From the human T2T-CHM13v2.0 reference genome, Homo sapiens, in the NCBI GenBank assembly GCA_009914755.4, contig CP086569.2, forward strand, positions 24,640,001-24,704,000: a DNA stretch of 64,000 nt, written 5' to 3'. The notes beneath the pieces are model-generated. The model did not search any database. It saw nothing but the letters and a program-made list of their open reading frames with translations, and had not been told where the DNA came from. Each line of letters begins with the position of its first letter. Positions within the stretch are counted from its first letter, which is position 1. Of this stretch, positions 1 to 13,178 are shown in pieces. The translations under genes and the position numbers were made by a program.

Positions 1-469
1 AAACAAAAATGTCTCCAGATCTCTTAAAAGGAAGCTAGGGCAGCTTTCTGTAGTGCACTTCCCAAAAATGGGCTGATTTACCTCAAGAGGTAGGGATTCT
101 AGCCTACAAGGGATACATACAGGAGAAAAAAATCAGAAAAAGAAAAGAGATTTAAATAATAAAATGAAAATAACAGTAATCCCTCATTATAAAGGAAATC
201 ATTCTTTTTGTAATAATTTGGATGACAAACATTAAGAAAAATCTTTAATTTGCCACTCAAAACATTCTGGTTTGTTGCTTTTTATATGTTTTTCTGCACA
301 TAAACCTTTTAAAAAGTAGAATTGCAGTATGTAGTCTTTTGTCACTTACTATATTTTGGGCATATTTCTGTGGCAGTAAATATATCCTGGAATCATCATT
401 TTTAATAGCTGGATGTATATTAAGTTAATCACTGCCACCCCAGAGGTGAATTTTCTTATACATACTTTT

Positions 470-1340
470 TTTTAATTATACTTTAAGTTTTAGGGTACAT
501 GTGCACTTTATGCAGGTTAGTTACATATGTATACATGTGCCATGCTGGTGCACTGCACTCACTAACTCATCATCTAGCATTAGGTATATCTCCCGATGCT
601 ATCCCTCCCCCCTCCCCCCAGCCCACAACAGTCCCCAGAGTGTGATATTCCCCTTCCTGTGTCCATGTGACCTCATTGTTCAATTCCCATCTATGAGTGA
701 GAATATGCGGTGTTTGGTTTTTTGTTCTTGCAATAGTTTACTGAGAATGATGATTTCCAATTTCATCCATGTCCCTACAAAGGACATGAACTCATCAATT
801 TTTATGGCTGCATGGTATTCCATGGTGTATATGTGCCACATTTTCTTAATCCACTCTATCATTTTTGGACATTTGGGTTGGTTCCAAGTCTTTGCTATTG
901 TGAATAGTGCCGCAATAAACATACGTGTGCATGTGTCTTTATAGCAGCATGATTTATAGGCCTTTGAGTATATACCCAGTAATGGGATGGCTGGATCAAA
1001 TGGTATTTCTAGTCCTAGATCCCTGAGGAATCGCCACACTGACTTCCACAATGGTTGAAGTAGTTTACAGTCCCACCAACAGTGTAAAAGTGTTCCTATT
1101 TCTCCACATCCTCTCCAGCACCTGTTGTTTCCTGACTTTTTAATGATTGCCATTCTAACTGGTGTGAGATGGTATCTCATTGTGGTTTTGATTTGCATTT
1201 CTCTGATGGCCAGTGATGATGAGCATTTTTTCATGTGTTTTTTGGCTGCATAAATGTCTTCTTTTGAGAAGTGTCTGTTGATGTCCTTTGCCCAATTTTG
1301 ATGGGGTTGTTTGTTTTCTTCTTGTAAATTTGTTTGAGTT
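470..1340 (-). mobile_element. L1 3' fragment: ORF2 C-terminus, 3'UTR and poly(A). Left-arm-specific insertion with target-site duplication ttcttatacatac.
   Basis: ORF 680-1234(-) is the L1 ORF2 C-terminus (…[29 protein letters not shown]…). Poly-T at 470-480 is the poly(A) on the minus strand. The 13-bp direct repeat ttcttatacatac sits at 458-470 and 1340-1352. The right arm has an empty site near 57787. Confidence 0.9.
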
Positions 1341-1779
1341 CTTATACATACATTTTAATGGGCTCGAGCAAATATTATTGGACTGAATTCATAGAAGTAG
1401 AATTTCTGGAGGAAAATAATTTTTAGGGTTTTTAATAGAAATTTTCAAATCATTCTCCAGGAAAAGTGACTCCGGTTATACTCCCACCAACAAGGACAGA
1501 GCTCCAGGTTCCCCTTTCCATTTATCATCTTTCCTGCCTTTATACAGAAAATCTCATTGTTTTCATGACATTTCTTTGATTTCTTGTGCTTTTGAATCTT
1601 TGTATATGCCATTGGCCATTTTTATTCTTATGAGAAGTGCCAGTTTCTCCATTGCCCATTTCAGTTGAAAATCATTTGTTTTTTTTTCTCAGTAATTTTA
1701 AAGATTTATTTATAGGCTAAGGATACAAGCCTTTTATCTGTCATTGAGGTGACAAAACTTTCACCCGGTAAGTAATTTG

Positions 1780-2060
1780 TCATTTCATTTTTTCTTCCTT
1801 CTTTTATTTTTCCTTTCCTCTCCCTTTCTTTCTTTTTCTTTTTCTTTTCCTTGTTTCTTTCTTCTTCTTCCTTCCTTACTTTCCTTTTCTTTCTTGCTTT
1901 CCATTCTTCATTTTTTTCTTTTCTCTCCATCCCTCTCTCTTTCTCTTTCTTCTCTCTTTCCTCTTTCTTTCTTTTTCTTTCTTTCCCTCTCTTTCTTCCT
2001 TTCCTTTCTTTCTCTTTCTTTGTTCCCTCCCTCCTTCCTTCCTTTTTTTCTCTTTCTTTC
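1780..2060. repeat. Polypyrimidine (CTTT/CTTCC)n low-complexity tract. The right-arm counterpart is 57030-57345.
   Basis: A tract of about 280 bp containing only C and T on the + strand. The ORFs 1706-2089 and 1777-2124 are artefacts of this tract. Confidence 0.9.
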
Positions 2061-2174
2061 ACTAGCCAAGCTCCAATGTCACATTTCACTTAATTTTTAT
2101 CCTGCCAAATTTGAAGCCTCTTAACTCAGTGATTTTAGTGTAAAACAGGAGCAGGAGAAAATGTAATTATCTAA

Positions 2175-2445
2175 GTCTTGCTCTGTCACCCAGGCTGGAG
2201 TGCAGTGCCATAATCATAGCTACTGCAGCCTCCAAATCTTGACCTCAAGCAATTTCCCACCTCAGCCTTCCAGGTAGCTAGGACTACAGCTGTGTGCCAC
2301 CACACCTAGCTAATGTTTAAAAATTTTTGTGGAGATGTGAATTCGCTATGCTGCCCAGGCTAGTCTTGAACTCCTGACTTCAAGTAATCCTCCCACCTCA
2401 GCTTGCCAAAGTGCTGGGATTGCAGGCGTGAGCTCCTGCTCCTGG
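2175..2445 (-). mobile_element. Alu, shared by both arms (counterpart 56652-56925).
   Basis: Reverse-complement Alu consensus (…tcacccaggctggagtgcagtg … gctgggattgcaggcgtgagc). Confidence 0.9.
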
Positions 2446-3638
2446 CCAAGAGTTTAGTTTTGTTTGCTAGTGGTGTTCTTGGTATCTTTTCATATTTGAG
2501 GCTTTGGGCTAGTGCTGAAGTATTACACTCACCATCCGCTGTCCAGGACTTTTGTTTTATATTGAACCGATGGAACTGTTTAGTTCTGCATCTTTGCAGG
2601 TATACAGAATGTGCCTACCAGGAATCTGCTTTATATCCATTGAAAGCAAGAAATAATACAGTAAAACTTTGCCTGGCTAGAGGCTTTGAAAGAATGGCAT
2701 ATTCTGGTTTTATTCTATTAACTTGGAAGTATGAAGGTTAAAAAAAATTCAAAACTTAAATTTCCTGTTGAATACAATTTGAAAATATGGCCAATGATTG
2801 CACTTTTCTTCTCTAGTAAGGTTGGACATTCTGATCTACTTGGTGTTTTATTATAGAACTGCTAGTGTGCCTGAGTGTTACATTGTGAAGATACTTTTTT
2901 AAAACTTGCGATGCAAGAGGATGAAAATGGTTTTGTAGGAGATCAGGCTGGATGAGAACGGACACTTGTAAACATACGTTTTAGACTAAATCTCTGATTG
3001 CCACTTGTTTTCTTATGGAACTCATAAAAGTAAAACACATTGGATGGAGGGTGGGAGCAGGAAGGAGATTCTCGTCTTTTAATTGCATGTCATTGTTTCA
3101 TAACAAGGCAGAACATATGGCAACCCTGGCTTTGGACCTACAGAAGTAAACACATTTTACTAACTGCTGTATGCCAGAGGTTCTTGAACACCTGGAGGGA
3201 TTGCTGAACCCTACTCCAGAGTTTCTGATTCACCAGGTCCAGGGTGGGGCCTGAGAATTTGCACTTATAAAAAGGTCTCAGGTGCTGCTGGTGCTGCTAG
3301 TCCATAGACTACATTTTGAGAACCACTCTTGTCTATTAAGTGTAAATTGTAGAACTCTAGAAAAAAGCTTAGTTTGGTCTGGGATAAGAAGCACACAGGT
3401 TATGGAGAAAATCATGAAAGATTCAACCCTTGATCCCAGCCTAGTGTGGATTTCAGGTAACAAGCAATACACAGTGACATAACACAATTCTTGGTTTTCA
3501 TGATTGCAAGTCATAGCCAGATATCAAGTGAGAAATTCAGTTTCATTTGCAAGGCTTAGAGAGGCCAGGTGATTCTAGAAAAATGGGCCTTGTATTTGTT
3601 TTAAACCAGTAAAGAGCTTTAAGTGCTTATTAAATTGA

Positions 3639-4037
<399 letters not shown>

Positions 4038-5300
4038 TAGGAGGATAAGACAAACAATTTTCCAAAAAAGAGAAATCATTGTGATTATTTTATCCTCCTG
4101 GAATGTTGGATACTATAGTCTGCTTCATTAATCAAGCATGCTATGGATTTTCCATTTTTATATGATCTACATCTCAAAAGGTAAAATGTACCAGGTCATG
4201 GCCCCCAACCCAGCCACAGATCCCCTCTGATGACAAGACCGGTGCCAGAGTCCATACTAATCCTGTGGCATACCAGACTGGGCCCCCCAACCCCAGCACC
4301 TCTGGGCTCCCCCCACCAAAGTCTTCTCAGTCAGCCCCACCCCTTCAGCAAGCCACTCAGTCCTTGCCCTTGCCAATCACCACAGGGTGAATTTGGGAGG
4401 GTGACTCCTGGGGCTCCTTGCTCCATACTTGGCCATCACCTTCTGCTGCCCCAAGCCCAACCTCCCTGGGCTCTTTGGGCTTGTGTCTCCCAGGACCTGG
4501 GTCCCCCAGCCCCAGGCCCTGCCCTCACCAGTCATCCCTGGGTGACTTTGGGCTGGTGACTCCTGGGGCTCCCTACTGCAGACTCTGCCCTCCCCTCCTG
4601 CTGCCGCAAGCTCAACCTCCCTGGGCTTCTTGGGCTGGTGTCTCCGAGGACCTGGGTCAAAACCCTGTATTTCCCTCCCCCATCATGGAGTGGCGACTCC
4701 GGCATCGCACTGATGTCCCCTCCCCTGGGAGGAGTGGAATGCAGTGATGTCACAGTGCCCCTAGGAACTGTCATTACTGCTGCAAGACCGGCCTTTGATC
4801 TTACAACCCAGTCCCCTAAGTTTTCTCACCCCATTTCTGGTTCCTCTGGTTGCAGCCTAAATTTCCAGCTGGAAGAGGAGTGGAGACTATGGGACGTATG
4901 AGCAAGAAGTTTCAGGCTGCCTTACTCCCTTAACAATGTCTAATTGACAGTGGGAAAAGCTTACACTTCCCCTGTGAACTCAAAATGTTGACAGTATCTC
5001 TGGGTGGCAATGGGAGAATGGGTTTGGTTTGGTTTTCTCCCAGGCTTCTACTTTCCAGAGAGACTTTGACAATTTTTTCTGAGTTCTCCACAGTTCTGGG
5101 ACCAGACTGCCCTTCAGTCAGTGGTCTCTGAGGTGAGATTTGCCCATCTTCTGTGGAATAGATCTTGGGAAACTGAACTTGACAGCTTGAATCTTCTCAT
5201 ATCATCTCAACCTGGGGTACTTTGAGTGCTACAGGATAAATGTGGGACATCTTTCTGAAGCATCATTTTCCCTTGATTCTCTTGAGAAAAAATATTAATG

Positions 5301-6452
<1,152 letters not shown>

Positions 6453-6994
6453 TTCTTAGGGATGATAGACACATAGGTTTCCAAGCGTATAGCAGACTTC
6501 TCTCTAAAATGAGGCTTGGGTTGTCCTCTTTCTGATAAATTCCCAGATTTAACAGAAAAGCTGCCTTCTGCCATGAGGACACATTGATATGAAAGTGTGA
6601 GAGGTACTCGTGCACTTCTTTACACTAACAGACATGTGAGGATGTATGACTCTAAACTACACGGCCTACAGTTCCTGCCTGCTTAATGTTTACTTTTCTA
6701 CCACTGTCCCTGGTTTTGGTCCCTGGAAGCTGCTGATTCATGGCAAAACCCCAGAGCTTGGAGTCAGAAGACTGAGTTTAAGTTCCAGTATTGCCTTTTT
6801 CTTTCCTTCTTTTTTTTTTTCTATCCATGATATCAATCACTCTCAGTCACTAAATGATTGTGACAACATCTTGTACAGTTGTTGGTGGCATTAAACCAGA
6901 TGGTGTATAAGAGTATTTTGTCAAAACTGTAAAGCAGGATGTGGCTATAGGGGCTGATTGTTCTCATGAGTGTTGCTGCTCTTCTTTCCCACAG

Positions 6995-7114
6995 TTAAAA
7001 GAATATTGGCAGAGGAAGAGCCCTGGCATTCCAGCAGGAGCTAACAGGAAAAAGAAAATCAATGGCAGTAGCCCTGACACAGCCACTTCTGGTGGTTACC
7101 ACTCACCTGGGGAT
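6995..7114 (+). CDS. GOLGA6L-family exon 2 (120 nt, phase 0) of the left pseudogene copy.
   Basis: Acceptor …ttctttcccacag|TTAAAAGAATATTGGCAGAGG…, donor …CCTGGGGAT|gtgagtc. Encodes LKEYWQRKSPGIPAGANRKKKINGSSPDTATSGGYHSPGD. Confidence 0.8.
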
Positions 7115-7727
7115 GTGAGTCTTGGCTGGCCAGGGTCCTGGGGACAGGGGGCCTAAGGGGCAGTAGGGGGTAATTTTTAAGATTGTAGATGGACTATTGG
7201 GTACTGGTTAAGAATTCTGGGTTTGAATCCTGCCTCTCCGTCTGCTAATGATTGATTAGGGATTGATTAGCATATGATTTAGGGCAAGTTGCTTGAGGTC
7301 TTTGGGTCTCTGTTTTCACATCTGCATAATAGAGGTGGTATTTTTGACTTCCATTTGTGAAGTTTAAATCAGATTTGTTATTGCTTATATGTGAATCCTT
7401 AGTACATGGCCTGCTGTAAACACCCAGGACACCCAGGAAATGGTTGTTGTTTGATTTTCCTCATCCCCAGTCTCAAGGGGAAGCCAGTTAATGAGAAGAG
7501 ACACTTGCCATCAGGCTGTCCCTTTAGGAGTCACTGAAAGGGCCCCAGGGTGGGATGGTGGGGAGATAAGAACCATGAGAGAAGTTGGCACAAAGGAGTT
7601 ATGGGACAAAGGGTCCAAGATAGGCAGAAAAGAAGCTTTTGCCAGTTGATGGGGAAGAAAGGAAATCAGAGGGCTTAGACAGTGAGGGGGGACAGAACAT
7701 CTCCATGTGCACTCTCATCTCTTGCAG

Positions 7728-7787
7728 TCAGCAACAGGTATCTACGGGGAAGGCCATGCATCATCTGCTACCCTGGAGGATCTGGAG
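7728..7787 (+). CDS. GOLGA6L-family exon 3 (60 nt) of the left copy.
   Basis: Acceptor …tctcttgcag|TCAGCAACAGG…, donor …GATCTGGAG|gtaagagg. Confidence 0.75.
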
Positions 7788-9172
7788 GTAAGAGGCCCTG
7801 GGCTGAGGTGCAGTGACCCTGCAGGCCAGCCCTCCAACCTCCTCCCACAGCAGGGGCTTGTTGCCCCTCTGCCAGCTGAGACAACCCACACCCTCCACCA
7901 GCCCTAATGATTGTTCTCTCTACCCCTCCCCACAATCTTCCTCCAACTCCTCCTCTCTGCATGCACCTCACAGCCAGTACCGAGAACTAGCAGTGGCCCT
8001 GCACTCAAGCTCCGCAATAATCAGTCAACTCAGTGAAAACATCAATTCACTGGTAAGAGTCCAGTGGGGTCCCCTGATTCCAGCTGGTCAATCCTGGACT
8101 CCAGTTTTCCCTTGGTGCCCTGAAGAAAGGGGCCAGGAGCCCCTGATGCCAAGGGCAAATGGGGAGCTGGGGCACCCAGGCCTCACCTGGAGGGACCCCA
8201 GAGCACAGAACATGCAGCATGGCTCTTCTGCACTGCCCTCTTTGCTGACTCTCTCTTCTCCAGACACCCTTGCTCTAGTTGTTGCCACACATGCCCTGGG
8301 GTTGTCATCTCTCAGGGAAGCACTAGCCTGACTGGTTGTCAGAGGCCCGTATTTCTGCCCTGCCTCAGCCCCTAATTTGCTTTTTGAGTCTGGACAAGCC
8401 ATCTCTCCTCCTTAGGCTCATGTTTCTGGAGGAGGTAGAGAGTATCAAAGGTCACTGTTAGCTCTGAGATTTAAAGGCCCCTAGAATGGAAACCTCAGGG
8501 CCAAGGGCTCCTGTCTGTCCTTTGCTGTCTTATATCTCTGCTATGAAGAATTGTACGTGCTCAGTAAATGTTTGTTGAATGAATGCACCTTTCTCAATCA
8601 CAAGGTGGCAGAAGGGGGGTGGGACTTTCTCAAACTCTGTCTCTAGAGGTTCAGCAGCCCCTCTCCAGGGCCCTTTCCCCTCTGTGCTTTGGGCAGGTCC
8701 ACGCATTGAAAGAGGGGAAGCAGCATGAGATACATTGGGTACAGAAGCTTGGGAGGAACTTGTTCAAACTCAAAAACCAGATGGTTAAGATGGGACTGGC
8801 ATGACCTAGGAGCAGGACTGGCATCAGAGGGCTGTGAGGGTGACTTAGAATGCCCCAGGGAGGAGGGTGGATGGAAGGGCTTTGAGGCAGAGGGAAAGAG
8901 GTCTGTGCCAGGAGATGGCAAGTCTTGTCATCTCCATGAACCTCAGTGTCCCTATCAGTAAAGAGGGAGGAGTGCCCATTGTCAGCCACCCACAGTGCTC
9001 TCTATCTGAAAGTGACTTTGAAGATTGGCTACCATCCGGGTGTGAGGAGTCATTAGCAGTGAGGCCAAGTTTGGGAAGCCTGAGAGGAGGAGCTGTCCAA
9101 CAAAGGGAGGTTTTTTTTTTTTTTTTTTTTTTTGAGAGTCCAGAGGCCCTTATTGTCTGCTTCCTTTCTCAG

Positions 9173-9523
9173 CTGAACCCCTGGCCCCAGAGCCCCCAGC
9201 AGGGCCCTCTGAGGTGGAGCAGCTACAAGATGAGACCAACCACCTAAGGAAGGAGCTGGAGAGTGTGGGAAGACAGCTCCAGGCTGAGGTGGAAAACAAT
9301 CAGATGTTGAGTCTCCTGAACAGGAGACAGGAGGAGAGGCTGCAGGAACAGGAGAGGCTGCTGGACAAGGGGTAGGAGCTGCTGGAACAGGAGAGGCTTC
9401 AGGAGCAGGATGAGAGGCTGTGGCAGCAGGAGACTCTGTGGGAGCTGGAGAGGATGCTGGAGCTGGAGTGGGAAGCCCTCTACAAGCAGCAGGCCGAGCC
9501 CCACAGCAGCTTTGAGGAGCTGG
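9173..9523 (+). CDS. Coiled-coil ([10 protein letters not shown] repeat) exon of the left copy. It contains an in-frame TAG and carries about 228 nt less repeat than the right copy.
   Basis: Translation …[102 protein letters not shown]. The acceptor frame is ambiguous, with an apparent 1-nt phase problem at the 5' end. Confidence 0.6.
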
Positions 9524-10162
9524 TGTGTTGCCCCACCTGGGGAGGCTGCCCTCTTCCCTAGCCCTCAAGGTGGGGAGGCTGCCCTCTTCCCTAGCCCTCA
9601 AGGCCTTTGTTTCCCCACCTGTAAAATGGGGCATTGTGGCCTTCATATGAAATGGTACTTCTAAAGGCACCTGTGAGCCAGAGCCCTGCTCTGATGGCTG
9701 TGGGAGAGGGTATGATTTTTCTAACCTGCCTCCACCCTTCCTGGTGCCATGGGAGGCAGACACCAAGTTCTGGGGTCTCCAGTTTTAGTGGGTGGCCACT
9801 GATTGCTTCTCTCTGTCCAGAATAATGAGAACAAGAGTGCACTGCAGTTGGAGCGGCAAGTAAAGGAGCTGAAGCTTGGTGAGCTGAAAGAGACGGTAAC
9901 CTCTGACCCATCTAATAATGGTTGGGAGGCAGTCACCAGCCTCTGGGAAGGGGAGGTGCCAAGACAGAGGCAGCTGCAGCCTGAGGACAGGTGACCCCAG
10001 CACCCTCCAGGGTAGTCCTATGACTGTTTCTTGCTTCCTGCCCTCTGACGTTTAGAGGTGGGTAGCCCTGGGCTCCTCCCAGGTCTGGACATCATCATCC
10101 CAGCTAGAGGCATGGAGCCCCCCAATCACAGAGGAAGAGACAGTGGTATAAGAGGCTCCTTG

Positions 10163-10470
<308 letters not shown>

Positions 10471-10965
10471 AAAACCAGACTCCTTAGATTGAAAGTGGAT
10501 TGCGGCCTCGGTTCCACTGGTCATAATTCAACTACTTTGCATCTCTAAGTCTCTGTTTAACTTCAAAAGGAAGTTAGCCTTTTCCTTGTGGAGGTGCTGA
10601 GGATTAAATGAGATGATACGTGGAAACATTAGGTATGTGGCACACTTAGCAGATGGTGGTTGGCTCCCCCTGCTTTTCCACCAGTCTGTCGCCTACAGTT
10701 TAAATGCTGGGAAAAAAGACATGAGATTTGAGGCTGTGGAAGGAGGCATGGGGTTCTAGGCAAAGGAGGCAGTCTCGTAGGCCTGGAGCAAGGGGCCAGG
10801 GGACTGAGCAGGCCACAGAGCCCCACAGTGTCCTTGCTACCCTATTAATGGGCCAGGAATCTGGAAGCCAGCCACCACATGCCCTCATGCCCAGCGTCTT
10901 CCTGCACGTGGAGCTGAAGAGCCAAGAGGCTCAGAGTCCACAGCAGCAGCAAGACCAGTACCTGT

Positions 10966-12797
10966 GTCACCTGCAGCAGTTCGTGGTCGCTTAGTAGCAG
11001 GTGGCTGCTTATCAGCAGCTGGCCTCTGAGAAGGAGGTGCTGCACAGGCAGTTACTGCTGCAGACCTGGCTCATGGACCAGCTGCAGCAGGAGGAAGCTC
11101 AGGGCAAAGCGGTGGCTAAGATGGCCCACCAAAAGTTGCAGGAGACCCAGGGGAGGGAGTTGTTGAGGACAGGGCTCCAAGAGGGACAACCTGGCAACCT
11201 CTGTACCTTCTCACCCTCTTTCCTGGCCCCTTAGGAGAACCTGGAAGCTACCAGCCAGCAGAAACAGCAGCTAAAGCCCAGTTGAGCCTCATGGCTCTCC
11301 CTGGGGAAGGTATGGGAGACCACTCAGAGGAAGAGGAGAGAGCCCCAGGAGGAAAGGGGGACTGTTAGCAGCGTAGGATTGAGGAGTTGGAAGAGACCTT
11401 TAAGACAGCTGGTCATTATGCCAACTGGGTGTCCGTACTAAGTTCGGTATCAGTATGGTGACCTCCTGGGAGCGGGGCCATCGGGTTGCCTAAGGATGGG
11501 AGAACTGGCCCAGGTCAGAAAGGGAGCAGGTCAGAATTCCTGCACCAGTCGGTAGTGGGACTGTGCCTGGGCAATATAGCAAGATTTTGGTTCTTAAAAA
11601 TAAAGAACAGCGCATTCCCCTCTGGGGAGGGGCTGGCTCAAGGTTACACAGTGAGTGTAGGGGCAGAGGTGGGCCCACTGTACCTCCCTTGTTGGGTTGT
11701 CTGAGGACCCCTCTGGCCACCTCCCACAGGATATGGAGGAGGACATCTGGACAATGAGGAGGAGGCACCTCGGCCCATGCTGAACATTCCAGGGGACCTG
11801 GAGAGCCGGGAGGCCATGGTGAGCCTGACTTTCCCTGCCCCTACTTTGCCACCTTCCTCTGTAGTCCCTCTGAAACCCCCTTATGTTCTTGGTTTCCCTG
11901 CCTTCTGACTTCTGTGGACTTTCTCTCCTTCCGGGAGCCAGTGGTCAGACACCATTTCACCTGTGACCAACAGGTGCACTCTGTGAGGCCCAAAAGGAAG
12001 GGGCTGTGCTCCATCTCCCTGCCCTGGTTGTTATGTGTATACCCCTACAAGAGTACTCACCTCTTGCCTTCAGGTGGCATTTTTCAACTCCGCTGGAGCC
12101 AGTGCCCAGGAGGAGCAAAGCGTGTGCTGCCAGCCCCTGGCTCACCCAGTGGCCTCATCCCAGAAAAAGCCAGAGGCAGCGGCCCCAGCCCCAGAGACTG
12201 GGGGTGAATCTGTGTGTGGGGACACCCACTGGGCCCTGCAGGAGGCCATGGAGAAGCTGCAGGTGAGTAGTCCTGGCATGGGCCAACAAGGGTGGGGTCG
12301 GGACAAGGCAGGTGACTCCTGACATGTGACCCCATTATTTTGGCTCCACAGCAACTTTATGGAAGGAGAAGATGGACCTGAAGGAGCTGGTGGAGAAACT
12401 AGAGCTTCAGTTCATCCACCTCTCAGGACAGACAGACACCATGAGTAAACGAGAGGCCAGGGCATGGCAGGGGGAGCTGCAGGGCCATCTGAGGGGCCCC
12501 AGCATCTGAGCCGTGTCCTCCTGCAGGAAAGTACATCAGCCAGGGGGCAGTGCCAAAGACGCAGCACTGGGAGAGGAGGACATCGTCAGGCTGGCCCAGG
12601 ACCAGGAGGAGATGAAGGTAGGGTGTGCAACATCTCTGTGGGGGTGGGAGTGAATGTCGGTGCTGGCACCGGCATGACAGCTAACACCCCTTCCTCCAGG
12701 TGAACCTGCTGGAGCTGCAGGGGCAGGTGTTGCAGCTTGTGGGCGACCACAATGAGCAGCATGGCAAATTCTGACCATTGCCCAGAACACTGCTGAT
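10966..12797. other. Left-arm-specific segment of 1.83 kb, deleted from the right arm. It contains five golgin exons (11235-11309, 11730-11827, 12074-12262, 12352-12443, 12527-12617).
   Basis: The right arm reads …cagtacctgtgt|accgctctaggagcc… at 48478/48479, joining left-equivalent 10965 to 12798. Confidence 0.8.
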
Positions 12798-12945
12798 AAG
12801 CCCACTCTAGGAGCCCCAATCGCCCAGGAGCTTGGGTGTGCTGACAAGCAGGGTGGTGAGTAGAGCCCTCAGGCGGGGTGGGCAGGCAGGAACAGGGGAG
12901 GCTCGCACTGTGCTCAGATTCCCACTCCCCTCCCTCTCTCTGAAG

Positions 12946-13178
12946 ATCTTTGTGAGGTGAGCCTCACTGATAGCGTGGAGGCTGCACCAGGAGAGGACAG
13001 GGAGGGTGCTGTCACAGCACCCAGGCAGTCCACCCACAGTTCAGACCAATGCTCAACCCCCTCAGGGTTCCGTCTTCTCTGGTCACCATCTTCCAACCCA
13101 CTGGCCCAGGGCCACCTCTTGCTTGGGGAGCCCCACCCAACAGCCACCAAGCCTGACAGAAGGAACACTGCTTGAACC
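12946..13178 (+). CDS. Terminal exon of the left copy with a non-canonical C-terminus (…DLCEVSLTDSVEAAPGEDREGAVTAPRQSTHSSDQ…RRNTA*).
   Basis: Acceptor ctctctctgaag|ATCTTTGTGAGGTGAGCC. After REG the sequence departs from the right-copy exon. It matches right-arm 42700-42938 instead, which implies a deletion of about 5.3 kb in the left arm relative to the right arm. Confidence 0.65.

Noticed and set aside
1706-2124. Lys/Glu/Arg-rich and Phe/Leu/Ser-rich ORFs (also at 57003-57341).
   Set aside because: Translation of a pure polypurine/polypyrimidine tract, with no coding signal.
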